Under the pieces are notes generated by a model, which was not told where the DNA came from, searched no databases, and worked only from the letters and a program-made list of their open reading frames with translations. From contig JBBIVY010000003.1 of the NCBI GenBank assembly GCA_037439485.1, positions 1,452-65,451 of the forward strand: a stretch of 64,000 nucleotides of DNA, read 5' to 3'. Positions 46,331 through 55,707 of this stretch are shown here, in pieces. Within the stretch, counting starts at the first letter, position 1; every line of letters starts with the position of its first letter. The DNA is from Planctomycetota bacterium (GTDB lineage Bacteria > Planctomycetota > DG-23 > DATKVD01). A program made the translations under genes and the position numbers.

Positions 46331-48346
46331 CTACGGCTTCGGCAGCGGGGCAGGGGTCGAAGGCGTGGTGGGCTCGAGCTCCGGTTTGGGCGGGGTCTTT
46401 TCGGGGCCGAACCACATGAGTTTGTCGTCGAGCTTCCAGTTGATGTCGAAGTAGCCGGCGACCCTGTAATTATTGGTGCCGCCCGCGGCGGCGAACGTGT
46501 CGTCGTAGACGATGTAGTCGGGCAGCAGATCGAGCTTGTGGTTTCTCGAAAGCCCGGCGCCCCACGCCAGGCCGCTGTGGACGACAACCAGCTTCTCGGG
46601 GTTCAGCGGGTTCGGGTAGCAGAGCACCATCCCCAGGTTCTCGCCCTCGAACGTGTTCTTGCCCACGGTGAACTTCCCTTCGCCGATTGTCACGGGCAGC
46701 TTTTCCGCGATGCGTTTCACCACGGAGTTCGTCGCCGGGGTGCCGTAGAGGACGAGGTTATAGAGCTTGATGTCCTCCTCGGTGATCTCCTCGTCCTTCT
46801 TGACGCGCGGGATTCCCGCCGCGAATTCATACCATTCGACGACGCCGGTGGAAATCGCCTTGCGCGAGGCGAGCTTCGTCTCCTCGCTTCCCTGCGAGCC
46901 GTAGACCATCATGAACGGCTGCTGGTAGGCCTCGTAGGCCGGGCCCGAGAGTTCAGCGCGCTTGCGCAGGCCCTCCGCCGGCACCGTGTCGAGCAGGAAG
47001 GTGAGGGCGCCGGCCTTGTTCGCGACGGGCTTGATGAGCTTCCCATCCGGCATCCGCGCCTGGAGCAGCGTCGGCTGGAAGATGGCCTTGGCGCAGTCGA
47101 GCGTGAACTTCGCGACGTTCTCAGCCTTCACCACGACGACCACGGGCGACTCGTAGCGCACGTCGATCTCGGCGGGCTTGCCGTAGGCCGTGAAGTCGTC
47201 GATCGTCACCCAGTAGGCCCGGTTGAAGCGCGGGTGATAGGTGCGGTAGGTGACGCGCAGGGGCGTCCGGTTGAGGCGCTTTGCGGGCGTCCAGCCGTAG
47301 AAGAGGTCGCTTTCGTAGGCGTCAAAGCAGGTCCAGTGGTCGCCCTTGGGGAAGATGTGGAGGATGGCCTCGAAACCCGCCGCCTGAAGGGCCTTGACCA
47401 TCGACTTCGACTGCTCCGGCTGCACCAGCCAGTCGTCCTCGCCGTGGAAGGCAAAGACCGGCAGGTTACGGAAGTTGGGCACGAGGGTGATCGCGAAATC
47501 GCGGTCGATGTTGAGCTGCTTGTACTCGGCCAGCGTCCCGCGCGGCACGTTCTGCCAGAGGTTGTAGTCGGTGCGCCCCGAGGCCGGGATCGCCGCGGCG
47601 AAGCGGTCGGGATAGTGTGAGCCGACCGTCCAGACGCCGCTGGCGCCCATGGAGCACCCGGCGAGCCACACGCGGTCGGGGTCGGCATGGGTTTCGCGGA
47701 TCGCCAGATCGATGGTCTTGAGGACGTCGCGTTCGCCGAGGCCCTGGAAGTCGGTGTTGCTCCGCGCGAACGGCGCCACCAGCACCGCCCCGAGCCGGTC
47801 GGCCGAGCGTTTGCACCCCTCGGGCATCGTCGTCTCCAGCCAGTTCACCTTGTCGAGGCTGCCGACGTAGCCGTGCAGGAAGAGAAGCACCGGCGGCGGC
47901 ACGCCCGGCGGGAGCTTCTCGGGCACATAGAGGTAATACGGCTGCGCGGAGCCGTCGACGTCGGAGAGATAGGCGTGCTCGACGAGTCCGGTCGCCGGCA
48001 GCGCGTATTTCTTTCCGGCCGCAAGCGACGCGAGCACGTCGCGCGCCTCGGCGAGGGTCTTGCGGAAGGCCTCGTCGCGCGCGGGGCCGGGGGTGTAGCG
48101 GCCCGTAAGGAGCGCGCACTTCTCGACCTTCAGCGAGGCGAGGGCGAAGTCGTCGCGGAAGTCGTGGCAGGCGGAGGCGTGCTCCTTGACGACCTTCTGA
48201 TATTCCTGGGCGAGGGCGCCCATCTCCGCGCGGAGTTTGTCCTCGATCGGGTCGGCGCCGGGCGCCTGCTGGGCGGCGAGCGGCGCCGACAGCGCCAAAG
48301 CCGCGGCGAGGGCGGCGGTTATCCACAGAAGGTCAAGTCGTCGCAC
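46331..48346 (-). CDS. secreted alpha/beta hydrolase (S9-peptidase/esterase-like) with long C-terminal extension; last gene of glycolipid-like cluster
   Basis: ORF 46331-48373 (TTG); better start GTG 48346 with SD AAGGAAA; signal peptide RRLDLLWITAALAAALALSAPLAAQ; LLFLHGY, nucleophile elbow GCSMGASG, HGEDD; start overlaps stop of upstream Wzy_C gene. Confidence 0.75.
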   Translation of the reverse strand: MRRLDLLWITAALAAALALSAPLAAQQAPGADPIEDKLRAEMGALAQEYQKVVKEHASACHDFRDDFALASLKVEKCALLTGRYTPGPARDEAFRKTLAEARDVLASLAAGKKYALPATGLVEHAYLSDVDGSAQPYYLYVPEKLPPGVPPPVLLFLHGYVGSLDKVNWLETTMPEGCKRSADRLGAVLVAPFARSNTDFQGLGERDVLKTIDLAIRETHADPDRVWLAGCSMGASGVWTVGSHYPDRFAAAIPASGRTDYNLWQNVPRGTLAEYKQLNIDRDFAITLVPNFRNLPVFAFHGEDDWLVQPEQSKSMVKALQAAGFEAILHIFPKGDHWTCFDAYESDLFYGWTPAKRLNRTPLRVTYRTYHPRFNRAYWVTIDDFTAYGKPAEIDVRYESPVVVVVKAENVAKFTLDCAKAIFQPTLLQARMPDGKLIKPVANKAGALTFLLDTVPAEGLRKRAELSGPAYEAYQQPFMMVYGSQGSEETKLASRKAISTGVVEWYEFAAGIPRVKKDEEITEEDIKLYNLVLYGTPATNSVVKRIAEKLPVTIGEGKFTVGKNTFEGENLGMVLCYPNPLNPEKLVVVHSGLAWGAGLSRNHKLDLLPDYIVYDDTFAAAGGTNNYRVAGYFDINWKLDDKLMWFGPEKTPPKPELEPTTPSTPAPLPKP

Positions 48347-49682
48347 CCGGTTTCCTTTCGGCAATCGTCGCAACGGCCGCGGCGAGCGCGAGGAGCAGGA
48401 CGGTCGCCGGCCCGGTGCCGTGCACGAGCGTGTTGGTGAAGAGGTTGGTCACGATGAGCGAGGCGAGCGCCCCGATGCAGCCGAGGAGCAGCCCCTTGAG
48501 GACCTTGTCGTCGGTCGCCAGGTACCCCTTCGCCGCCCGGCGCAGGTGCGCGACGATGAGCCACAGGAAGACGAGCCCCGCCGGGATTCCCGCCTCCACC
48601 GCCAGCACCAGGTAGAAGTTCTCGGTATTGGGCTCGGTGGTGTTCTTGTTGGGCTTGGGCAGCGTGCCGTAATACTGGTCGATGTTGAGTTGGTAATTGC
48701 CGATGCCGACGCCGATGAGGAGCTGCCGGATGTGCCGGTTTTCGCCGATGCCCAGTTCGCGGAATGCCCCGGGCGTCAGCGGCTTCATCGCCGCCTGCCA
48801 CTGGAGATACCGCGCGTTGGGCCCGGGCTGGGCGGACGCGTCGCTCACGCTGCCTTCGTCGTAGAGCTGGATCGACTGGCGGACGATCTTCGGGTTGTCG
48901 TGCTGGAGCTGCGGCGTTCCCCAGATGAGGAGCCCGACGAGCCCCGCGGCGAAGAGCGCGAAGCCCCAGTGCCAGCGGATCACGAGGATCACCGCGATGC
49001 CGACGAGCGCCCCGAGGAGCGGCCCCCCCGCGAGCATCGTCGCCAGGCCCAGCCCCACGAGCACCGTCCCGTAGGCCACCGCCCGCCAGCCGTTCGGCCA
49101 GACCGTCATCCCGAACGCCAGCGGCAGCACGAGCGCCAGGTAACCGCTGTAGACGTTGCGGTCGGCGAACGGCCCGGAGACCTTCACGGGGTCGTAGTCC
49201 ATCAGGTAATCGACGAGGCCCCAGATGCCGACCGCCGCCGCAACCAGCGTCCAGATCGTCACCGCCGTCTGCACGCGGTCGAGGGAGTTCATCAGCGTCG
49301 TGAAGACGAGGTAGAGGAGGATGAAATACTCGACGTATTGCACACTCTTGGCGACGGCGGTCAACCGGTTTCCGGCGACGAAAGCGGAAGCCACGGCGAG
49401 AGCGGCGAGGAGGATCCCGGGGAGGGTGAGCCGCCGGAGTTGCTTCCAGTCGCCTTCGACGACGACGCGCACCAGGAGCAGCGCGCCCGCGAGCCAGATG
49501 AGGATGTCGGCCAGGGCGAGGTGCGGGGCCTTGGCGACGGTCTTCTCGTCCAGGCGGAGGAGTTTCCCCAGCCAGTCGAGCGGGAGCGCCCAGGAGGTCG
49601 CGTGGACCAGGAGGATGAGCGCGGCGAGAAGCATGACGCTCATTCCCAGCACGTCGCGGCGGGGGGGCTTAGCGTCGCTCAT
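48333..49682 (-). CDS. O-antigen ligase / Wzy_C-family polysaccharide polymerase-ligase-like membrane protein
   Basis: ORF 48333-49847 trimmed to ATG 49682; ~11 TM; large periplasmic loop and Wzy_C-type core (...AHNSYLqvlaE-like VEAGIPAGLVFLWLIVAH...); start overlaps upstream GT4 stop. Confidence 0.7.
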   Translation of the reverse strand: MSDAKPPRRDVLGMSVMLLAALILLVHATSWALPLDWLGKLLRLDEKTVAKAPHLALADILIWLAGALLLVRVVVEGDWKQLRRLTLPGILLAALAVASAFVAGNRLTAVAKSVQYVEYFILLYLVFTTLMNSLDRVQTAVTIWTLVAAAVGIWGLVDYLMDYDPVKVSGPFADRNVYSGYLALVLPLAFGMTVWPNGWRAVAYGTVLVGLGLATMLAGGPLLGALVGIAVILVIRWHWGFALFAAGLVGLLIWGTPQLQHDNPKIVRQSIQLYDEGSVSDASAQPGPNARYLQWQAAMKPLTPGAFRELGIGENRHIRQLLIGVGIGNYQLNIDQYYGTLPKPNKNTTEPNTENFYLVLAVEAGIPAGLVFLWLIVAHLRRAAKGYLATDDKVLKGLLLGCIGALASLIVTNLFTNTLVHGTGPATVLLLALAAAVATIAERKPGATT

Positions 49683-50829
49683 GATGGACCTCGCAATAGA
49701 TGTCCTCGATGCGGCGGATGGACGGGGCCAGGCGATAGTCGCGCGAGACGATTTCGCGCGCGGCGCATCCCATCGCGGCGCGGCGGGCGGGATCCGCCAG
49801 CAGGCGGAGCGTTTCGCGCGCGAGCGCGGGCACGTCCTCGCGCTCAATTATAGCGCCGGCGCGGCCGTTTTCCAGCACGCTTTCGAGTCCGCCGATGCGC
49901 GTCATCACGATCGCCCGGCCCGCGCCCATCGCCTCCAGCAGCGCGTACGGCATCGCCTCCCACCGCGAACTCATGACGAAGACGTCCAGGAGCGCAAAGA
50001 GGTCGAGCACGTCGTCGCGCTCGCCGGCGAAGTGGAAGACGTCGTCGAGCCCCTGCTCATGGGCCAGGGCCTTGAGTTGCCCCTCGTACGAACCCTTGCC
50101 CACGAGCAGGAAGTGTACGCCGGGGGCCGATTCGCGGATGAGCTTCGCCGCGCGGATGAAGACGTCGTATCCCTTCTGTCGCCCCAGCCTCCCGATGCTG
50201 CCGACGATGGGCGCCCCCTCGGGCAGGCCCAGTTCGCGCCGAAGGGACGCGCTGGGCGGGCGCAGGGCGAGTTCGTCGTCGCTGAGCCCGTTTACGATCG
50301 TCACGACCTGGTGCGGAAGCGCGGCGCCGCTCTGAATGGCGACCTCGCGTTCGTGCGGGCTGACGGCGATGAGCCTGTCGGTCACGCGCCCGGCGAGGAA
50401 TTCGAGCGACTTGTAGCACCACCCCGTGAACCTGCCGAACCCCGCGGTGAACGAGAAGCAGTGAGGCGTATAGACGACCCACGGCCGCCCCGTGAAGAAC
50501 GCGGCCATCCGGCCCAGAAAGCCGGCCTTGGAACTGTGGCAGTGGACGACGTCGTAGTTGGCGCGGTGGAAGAGACGGATGAGGCGGATGAGCGCCCGCA
50601 GGTCGGCGACGGGCGAGACCTGGCGCGTCATCGGGATGATGTGGACGACGAACCCCTCCGCGCGCAGTGCGTCCACGTCGCGGTGAAAACCCTTCGGGTC
50701 GCGCAGGTCCGAGGCCACCAGCTCCAGCTCGAACCGCGAGCGGTCGATGCGCCGCATCAGCTCCAGCACGTGTTTTTTCGTGCCGTTCTCGGTTGCCTCC
50801 ACCACCTCCGCGACGCGCAGTCGTTTCAT
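49669..50829 (-). CDS. glycosyltransferase family 4
   Basis: ORF 49669-51273 trimmed to ATG 50829 (MKRLRVAEVVEATENG...; ATGA overlap with upstream gene); GT-B fold, EX7E-type region FAGERDDVLDLFALLDVFVMSSRWEAMPYALLEAMGAGRAIVMT. Confidence 0.85.
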   Translation of the reverse strand: MKRLRVAEVVEATENGTKKHVLELMRRIDRSRFELELVASDLRDPKGFHRDVDALRAEGFVVHIIPMTRQVSPVADLRALIRLIRLFHRANYDVVHCHSSKAGFLGRMAAFFTGRPWVVYTPHCFSFTAGFGRFTGWCYKSLEFLAGRVTDRLIAVSPHEREVAIQSGAALPHQVVTIVNGLSDDELALRPPSASLRRELGLPEGAPIVGSIGRLGRQKGYDVFIRAAKLIRESAPGVHFLLVGKGSYEGQLKALAHEQGLDDVFHFAGERDDVLDLFALLDVFVMSSRWEAMPYALLEAMGAGRAIVMTRIGGLESVLENGRAGAIIEREDVPALARETLRLLADPARRAAMGCAAREIVSRDYRLAPSIRRIEDIYCEVHHERR

Positions 50830-52511
50830 GATCGCTTGAGCTTTCTCCTCGCCCATCCGAGCGCGTCGTGCCATTCCTCGATGTGGAGGAGGTGGACGCC
50901 GAGCGCGAAGACGGCCGCGCCGACGCCGGAGACGATGACGAGCCCGGCGATGCCCTTCATGCTGCGGCCGGCGGGCACGACGAGCATGAGCGCCCGGATC
51001 GCGAGGCCCATGGCCGCGGTGGCGAGCGCGACTTTGCCCACCGTCGGCAGCGCGTGCGCGAGCATCGTCTTCCACAGGCGCGCGTCGCGATAGACCCGCG
51101 CGAGGAGCACGAAGAGCAGCAGCACCTTCAGCGCCTTGGAGGCCGCGTAGGCGAGGTTGAACGCGCCCGCCATGTGCAGCGCTCCGGCGCGGTTGAAGTC
51201 GTCCGCGGGCAGCCAGAGGATGACACACGCGAGGAGCAGCAGGTTGACCAGCGACGCGACGATGCCGGTCCACGTGGGGGTCCAGGTCTCGCGCGCGGCG
51301 TAGAAGAATTGCAGGAGCACGATCTCAAGCCCGAAGAAGACGTAGCCGAGCGCGTACCACCGCACCGCTTCGGCCGTCATCGCCACGTCGGCCGGAGTGA
51401 ACTTGCCGCCGCCGAAGATCACCTCGACGATCGGCCGGGCGAGGAGCGTCATCGCCACGGTAAGCGGGAGGAAGACGAGGAAGATGATGCGCACCGCCTT
51501 GGCGAGGATGTCGAAGAGCGGCTCGATCTGCTTTTTGGCGAAATACTCGCTGAGGAACGGAAAGATGGCGATGGAGAGCGCCACCGGGAAGAGTTGGATG
51601 GGGATGTCGACCGGCGCGCGGGCGTAGGGGACGATGGTCATGGCCTTGCCGCCCAGGACGGCGGAGAGGAGCACGTCCTCGCCGCGGTTGCGCAGGAAGG
51701 AGACGAGCACGCCCGCGACCAGCGGCAGCATCAGGAAGCCCAGCCCTCGCATGGCCGGGGTGTTGAGCTTCATCTCGAAGCGGAAGCGGCGGATTTCGCC
51801 CCGCAGGCCCCACGCGTAGAGGGCGAGCTTCGCCGCGGCCCCGAGGACGATGCCCGCGATGAGTCCCCAGACGATGTACCGGTCGACGTGATCGACCGGC
51901 GCGTGCGTCGCCCGGCCCCAGGCCTTGAACCCCGCCCACGCCACCACGAGCGCGAGGCACGGCACGACCTTCACGAACACCTGGTCGCCGAAGGCGGCGA
52001 GCTGAAAGCGCTTGTACGAGTTGAGAAGCATGTAGCCCGTCACCGCGAGCGTGAGGAACAGGATCGCGGGCGCGAGCGCGATGAGATACTTCGCCGATAA
52101 CGCCTCGTCCTCCGGGCCGAAGCTCGTGAGCGTCGCCACGATGGGCCGCGAGAAGAACATGCACGCCGCGGCGAGGAGCACGAGGAACACGACCTGCACG
52201 TTGATGATCGAGTTGATGAACCGCCACGCGCCGTCCTCGCCCACGCGCTTCTTCTCCGCGGCAAGCTCCGGCAGAAACGTTGGCCGGAGCAGCTTGTCCC
52301 ACGTGCGGAAGATGTCCTGCGTGAGGCGATAGACGTAGTTGAACGCGTTGGCCGTCGCCTCGGTACCGAGGAGGCGCGAGAGGATCATCTTCATGACGAT
52401 GCCGGTGAGATACCCGGCGGCGGTCAGGATGCCTATCCCCGCGGCGGCCTTGGCCATCTTCCGGCCGTCGGAGGCGTTCGTCGCAGGGGCAGGTGCGATG
52501 TCGTCAGCCAT
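50826..52511 (-). CDS. MurJ/MviN-family MOP-superfamily flippase
   Basis: 561 aa, ~14 TM; MviN-like N-terminal region GIGILTAAGYLTGIVMKMILSRLLGTEATANAFNYVYRL; start overlaps upstream GT4 stop. Confidence 0.8.
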   Translation of the reverse strand: MADDIAPAPATNASDGRKMAKAAAGIGILTAAGYLTGIVMKMILSRLLGTEATANAFNYVYRLTQDIFRTWDKLLRPTFLPELAAEKKRVGEDGAWRFINSIINVQVVFLVLLAAACMFFSRPIVATLTSFGPEDEALSAKYLIALAPAILFLTLAVTGYMLLNSYKRFQLAAFGDQVFVKVVPCLALVVAWAGFKAWGRATHAPVDHVDRYIVWGLIAGIVLGAAAKLALYAWGLRGEIRRFRFEMKLNTPAMRGLGFLMLPLVAGVLVSFLRNRGEDVLLSAVLGGKAMTIVPYARAPVDIPIQLFPVALSIAIFPFLSEYFAKKQIEPLFDILAKAVRIIFLVFLPLTVAMTLLARPIVEVIFGGGKFTPADVAMTAEAVRWYALGYVFFGLEIVLLQFFYAARETWTPTWTGIVASLVNLLLLACVILWLPADDFNRAGALHMAGAFNLAYAASKALKVLLLFVLLARVYRDARLWKTMLAHALPTVGKVALATAAMGLAIRALMLVVPAGRSMKGIAGLVIVSGVGAAVFALGVHLLHIEEWHDALGWARRKLKRS

Positions 52512-53712
52512 GGGGCGTCCTCAGGATGCGTTCCAGCGCGCTCAGCGTCGATTCGAGCGCGAATTCCCTGTCTATTAGAGCGCGGGCGCGGGCGGTTATG
52601 TCGTTTGCGCGCGCGGGATTCGCAAGCGTCTCGCGGGCTGCCGAGGCAAGCGCGAGGGCGTCGCCGCTCGGGACGAGCCGGCCCGTCTCGCCGTCTTTGA
52701 CCACCTCGGCGATACTCCCCGCGTCCGACGCGATTACCGGCACGCCCACGGCCATCGCTTCGAGGACGATGTTGGGGATGCCGTCGCGGTCGCCCGCGCG
52801 ATCGACCACGCTCGGCACGACGACAATCTCGGCGCGCGCGAGCAGGTCCATCAGCGCGTCGTGGCGCATCCATCCGCGAAGCTCGACCGGGGCCGCGGTC
52901 TCGGCGATGAGCTGTTCAAGCCGCACGCGCTCGGGGCCTTCGCCCACGATGACGCCTCGGAGGGCGGGCGCGTCCTTCGCAAGCTCGGCGTACGCGCGTA
53001 TAAAGAGATCGAAGCCCTTCTTGCGCTCGAGCCGCCCGGCGGCCAGCAGGAATCCCTTGCTTTGGGCGCGGCGGGGGAGGGTGGCGCGGTCGATGCCGTG
53101 GTGGATGAGCGTCACCTTCGGCGCACGGCACGGGCCCGCGACCTCGCGCAGGCGGTCCGCCGCGGCGCGGTTGCACGTCACCACGGCGTCCGCGAGCGCG
53201 GCCTTTTCCCGGAGCATCCGCCCCTCCACGAATACGTCCCGCGCGTGCGCGGCGAAGGAGAATTCCATGTCGAACGCGCGGGCGATGATCCAGCCGATGG
53301 TCGCCGGAAGGCTGGCCCAGAGGGCGTGGACTCGGCGGACGCCGAGTTTCCGCAGTTCATATCCGACGGCGAGGGCGCGCGGGACGTTCCGCATCGCCTG
53401 GAACGTATCGCGTCCGTGGCGCCCGTGTCCGCGGTAGAGCGTCCAGAGGATGGCGAGCCACTTCAGCGGGTGCGTAAAGGCGAAGCGGACCTCGGCCGAA
53501 AGCGCGCGCCAGGTGAAGTACCCCGGCCGCAGGAGGACGGTCGCGTCGATGCCGGCGGCCTCCGGCGCATCGGGCAGTTTCTTTGTGGCGACGATGACGA
53601 AATCAAGCCCGCGCGCGCGGAGTTCCCGAAGCTCGCGCAGGAGGAACGTCTCGCTCGGTTTCGGGTATTCGCCGGCGATGAACGCTACCCGGACTCGGGG
53701 CTCATCCGCCAT
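52504..53712 (-). CDS. glycosyltransferase family 4
   Basis: 402 aa; GT-B; C-terminal EAMAVGVPVIASDAGSIAEVVKDGETG motif; overlaps neighbours at both ends. Confidence 0.85.
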   Translation of the reverse strand: MADEPRVRVAFIAGEYPKPSETFLLRELRELRARGLDFVIVATKKLPDAPEAAGIDATVLLRPGYFTWRALSAEVRFAFTHPLKWLAILWTLYRGHGRHGRDTFQAMRNVPRALAVGYELRKLGVRRVHALWASLPATIGWIIARAFDMEFSFAAHARDVFVEGRMLREKAALADAVVTCNRAAADRLREVAGPCRAPKVTLIHHGIDRATLPRRAQSKGFLLAAGRLERKKGFDLFIRAYAELAKDAPALRGVIVGEGPERVRLEQLIAETAAPVELRGWMRHDALMDLLARAEIVVVPSVVDRAGDRDGIPNIVLEAMAVGVPVIASDAGSIAEVVKDGETGRLVPSGDALALASAARETLANPARANDITARARALIDREFALESTLSALERILRTPHG

Positions 53713-54538
53713 GGTTCTTCACCCGCTCGACGGTCAGATCGATCGCCCGCCGCTCCCACGCGAGCGAGTAGTAGTCGTGGTTGGCCCCCTCGACGGTGAC
53801 GAACTCCGCGGGAATGCCGTGCTTCGAGGTGAATGCGGAGTAATGTTCGCCCGCGCCCCCGGCCTCCTTGTCGGCGCCGCCATAGACGAAGAGCGCGCGG
53901 CCCTTGAAGCCGCGGAACGCCGCCATCACGTCGCGGGATGAATCCTTCGGATCGCGTTCACCCGCGGCGCGCTTCTCGCCGAAGAGGGCCTTCTTCACCG
54001 CGCGGAAATTCACCGCGCCCGTGACGAGCTTCTTCCACGTCGCCAGGCGGAAGAGCTTGCGCGCGTAGTTCCCGGCCTGGTCCTTCGTCCGCGCGATCTT
54101 CTCGGCGGCCTTCTTCTCGGGGATGAAGGGCAGAGTTGAGAGAAGCACGAGGTCGCGCACGTCGGAGGCGAGCGTCGCGGCGCCGATGGCGACGTTTCCC
54201 CCGGAGCAGAGGCCCCAGAGGACGATGCGGTTCCCCGGCGCGCGCGTCTTCGCCAACTCGACGGCGCGGCAGGCGTCCTCGATCATCGTGTCGAGCGTCG
54301 CGGAGCCTTGCGCCCCGGTCGAGTCGCCTCGCCCGCGGAAGTCAAACCGCAGCGACGCCGCGCCTTCGCGAGCGAGCGAGCGGGCGAGCTTCACCATGAA
54401 CCGATGCGGCCCGATGCGGTACCCGCCCCAGCCGTGCAGCGTGATCACCGTCACCCCGAGAGGCGCTGCTCCCTCCGGCTCGGTCCAGACGCCGAGGAGC
54501 CGGTCGTTGCCGCTTGGGATGTGGACGAATTCTTCCAT
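53702..54538 (-). CDS. alpha/beta hydrolase (first of tandem pair)
   Basis: ORF 53702-54625 trimmed to ATG 54538 (MEEFVHIPSGNDRLLGVW...); HGWGGY, nucleophile elbow GLCSGG, FVYGGADKE, C-terminal His region. Confidence 0.75.
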   Translation of the reverse strand: MEEFVHIPSGNDRLLGVWTEPEGAAPLGVTVITLHGWGGYRIGPHRFMVKLARSLAREGAASLRFDFRGRGDSTGAQGSATLDTMIEDACRAVELAKTRAPGNRIVLWGLCSGGNVAIGAATLASDVRDLVLLSTLPFIPEKKAAEKIARTKDQAGNYARKLFRLATWKKLVTGAVNFRAVKKALFGEKRAAGERDPKDSSRDVMAAFRGFKGRALFVYGGADKEAGGAGEHYSAFTSKHGIPAEFVTVEGANHDYYSLAWERRAIDLTVERVKNHGG

Positions 54539-54552
54539 GGTTTCTCTCTTTT

Positions 54553-54641
54553 GTAGGGGGCTCCCGACGTGTCGGGATGGCCCCGTGCTCCTTCTTCTCG
54601 ACAAAGAAGAAGAGCGGGCGGACACATGGGTCCGCCCCTAC
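54553..54641. repeat. composite REP-like element (GTAG - three hairpins - CTAC) filling the gap between the two hydrolase genes
   Basis: GTAG(54553-54556), TCCCGACGTGTCGGGA, CTTCTTC-tcgacaaa-GAAGAAG, GGGCGGAC-acatgg-GTCCGCCC, CTAC(54638-54641); CTA is rc TAG stop of 54638-55453. Confidence 0.55.
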
Positions 54642-55453
54642 AGAGAATAGATCCAGTCAACAGTCGCCGTGATCAGTTCCTTCGCCTCGACCCGTTCGAC
54701 CCGGTCCCAGATGACCTGTTCCTTGACGCCGACGGCTTCCGCCTTCGCCCCCGCGGCGCGCAGGGTCGCGGCAAGCTCTTCGAGGGCCGGGGAAACCTTG
54801 GCATTGAAGGCGATCTGGACGAGCAGCGCCCGGCCGGCAAACCTTCCGGCGAGCGCCTTCGCGTCGAGCGAGGAAATGCCTTCGATGAGCTTCTTGCCGA
54901 TGGCGAGGCCGTCGAGGTCGAGGAATCCGTCCGCCTGAATCTGCGCGAGGACCGCGTCGCGGCCGGTGGCCTTCTTGCCGGTCGTCATCATCTCCTTGAT
55001 CATCCGTCGGCGGAGGATTTCGTCGACGTATTTCGCGCCGGAGAGAATCGGTTCCCAGAGGACGACGGCCGCGGTAGGTGACTGCGCCACGGAGGCGAGC
55101 GCCAGCGTCGCGCCGAGCCGGAGGCCGAGGAGCGTGAGCGCCGCGGCGGGGAACCGTTTCGCAAGCTCCGCCCGCGCGGCGGCGATATCTTCGAGCCATG
55201 CGTCGAGCGTCGCGTCCTCGGATTCACCCGAGGAGTCGCCTTCGCCTGAAAGGTCGAACCGGAGCGTCGCGATGTCTTTGGAGGCAAGCGCCCGGGCCAG
55301 CTCGACGAGCACGCGGTGGGAGAACTTCTTCTCTTCGGCGAAGGGATGGACGACGAGGACGGCCGAGCGCGGCGACGCCGGGGCGTGCAGGATGCCGGTG
55401 AGTTCCCGCCCGGCGGCTCGAAAGCGGATCGGCTCCTCGGTCGGCATGGTCAT
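54638..55453 (-). CDS. alpha/beta hydrolase (second of tandem pair)
   Basis: 271 aa; VLVVHPFAEE, GLRLGATLAL, C-terminal catalytic region; ATGA overlap with upstream ACP stop. Confidence 0.75.
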   Translation of the reverse strand: MTMPTEEPIRFRAAGRELTGILHAPASPRSAVLVVHPFAEEKKFSHRVLVELARALASKDIATLRFDLSGEGDSSGESEDATLDAWLEDIAAARAELAKRFPAAALTLLGLRLGATLALASVAQSPTAAVVLWEPILSGAKYVDEILRRRMIKEMMTTGKKATGRDAVLAQIQADGFLDLDGLAIGKKLIEGISSLDAKALAGRFAGRALLVQIAFNAKVSPALEELAATLRAAGAKAEAVGVKEQVIWDRVERVEAKELITATVDWIYSL

Positions 55454-55707
55454 TTGCCCAGTTTGCCCCGCACGAGCTCGGCGATGTGCGCGACGGTGTC
55501 GAACCGCGACGGGTCGAAGTCGTCGTCCTCGAACGTGATGCCGAACACCGCCTCCGTTCCGACCACCAGCTCCGACACCTGCACCGAGTCGATCCCGTAG
55601 GCCTCCGCCAGCTTCGCGTTGACGTCGATCTCTTCGGGCTTGAGCTTGAGGAAGAGGCGCTCGACCATCATCTCGCGCAGCGCGTCCTCAATCGATTTCT
55701 CCGTCAT
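55450..55707 (-). CDS. stand-alone acyl carrier protein
   Basis: 85 aa; phosphopantetheine-attachment motif LAEAYGIDSVQVSELV (DS*V), acidic helix II; overlaps neighbours (operon-coupled). Confidence 0.8.
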   Translation of the reverse strand: MTEKSIEDALREMMVERLFLKLKPEEIDVNAKLAEAYGIDSVQVSELVVGTEAVFGITFEDDDFDPSRFDTVAHIAELVRGKLGK

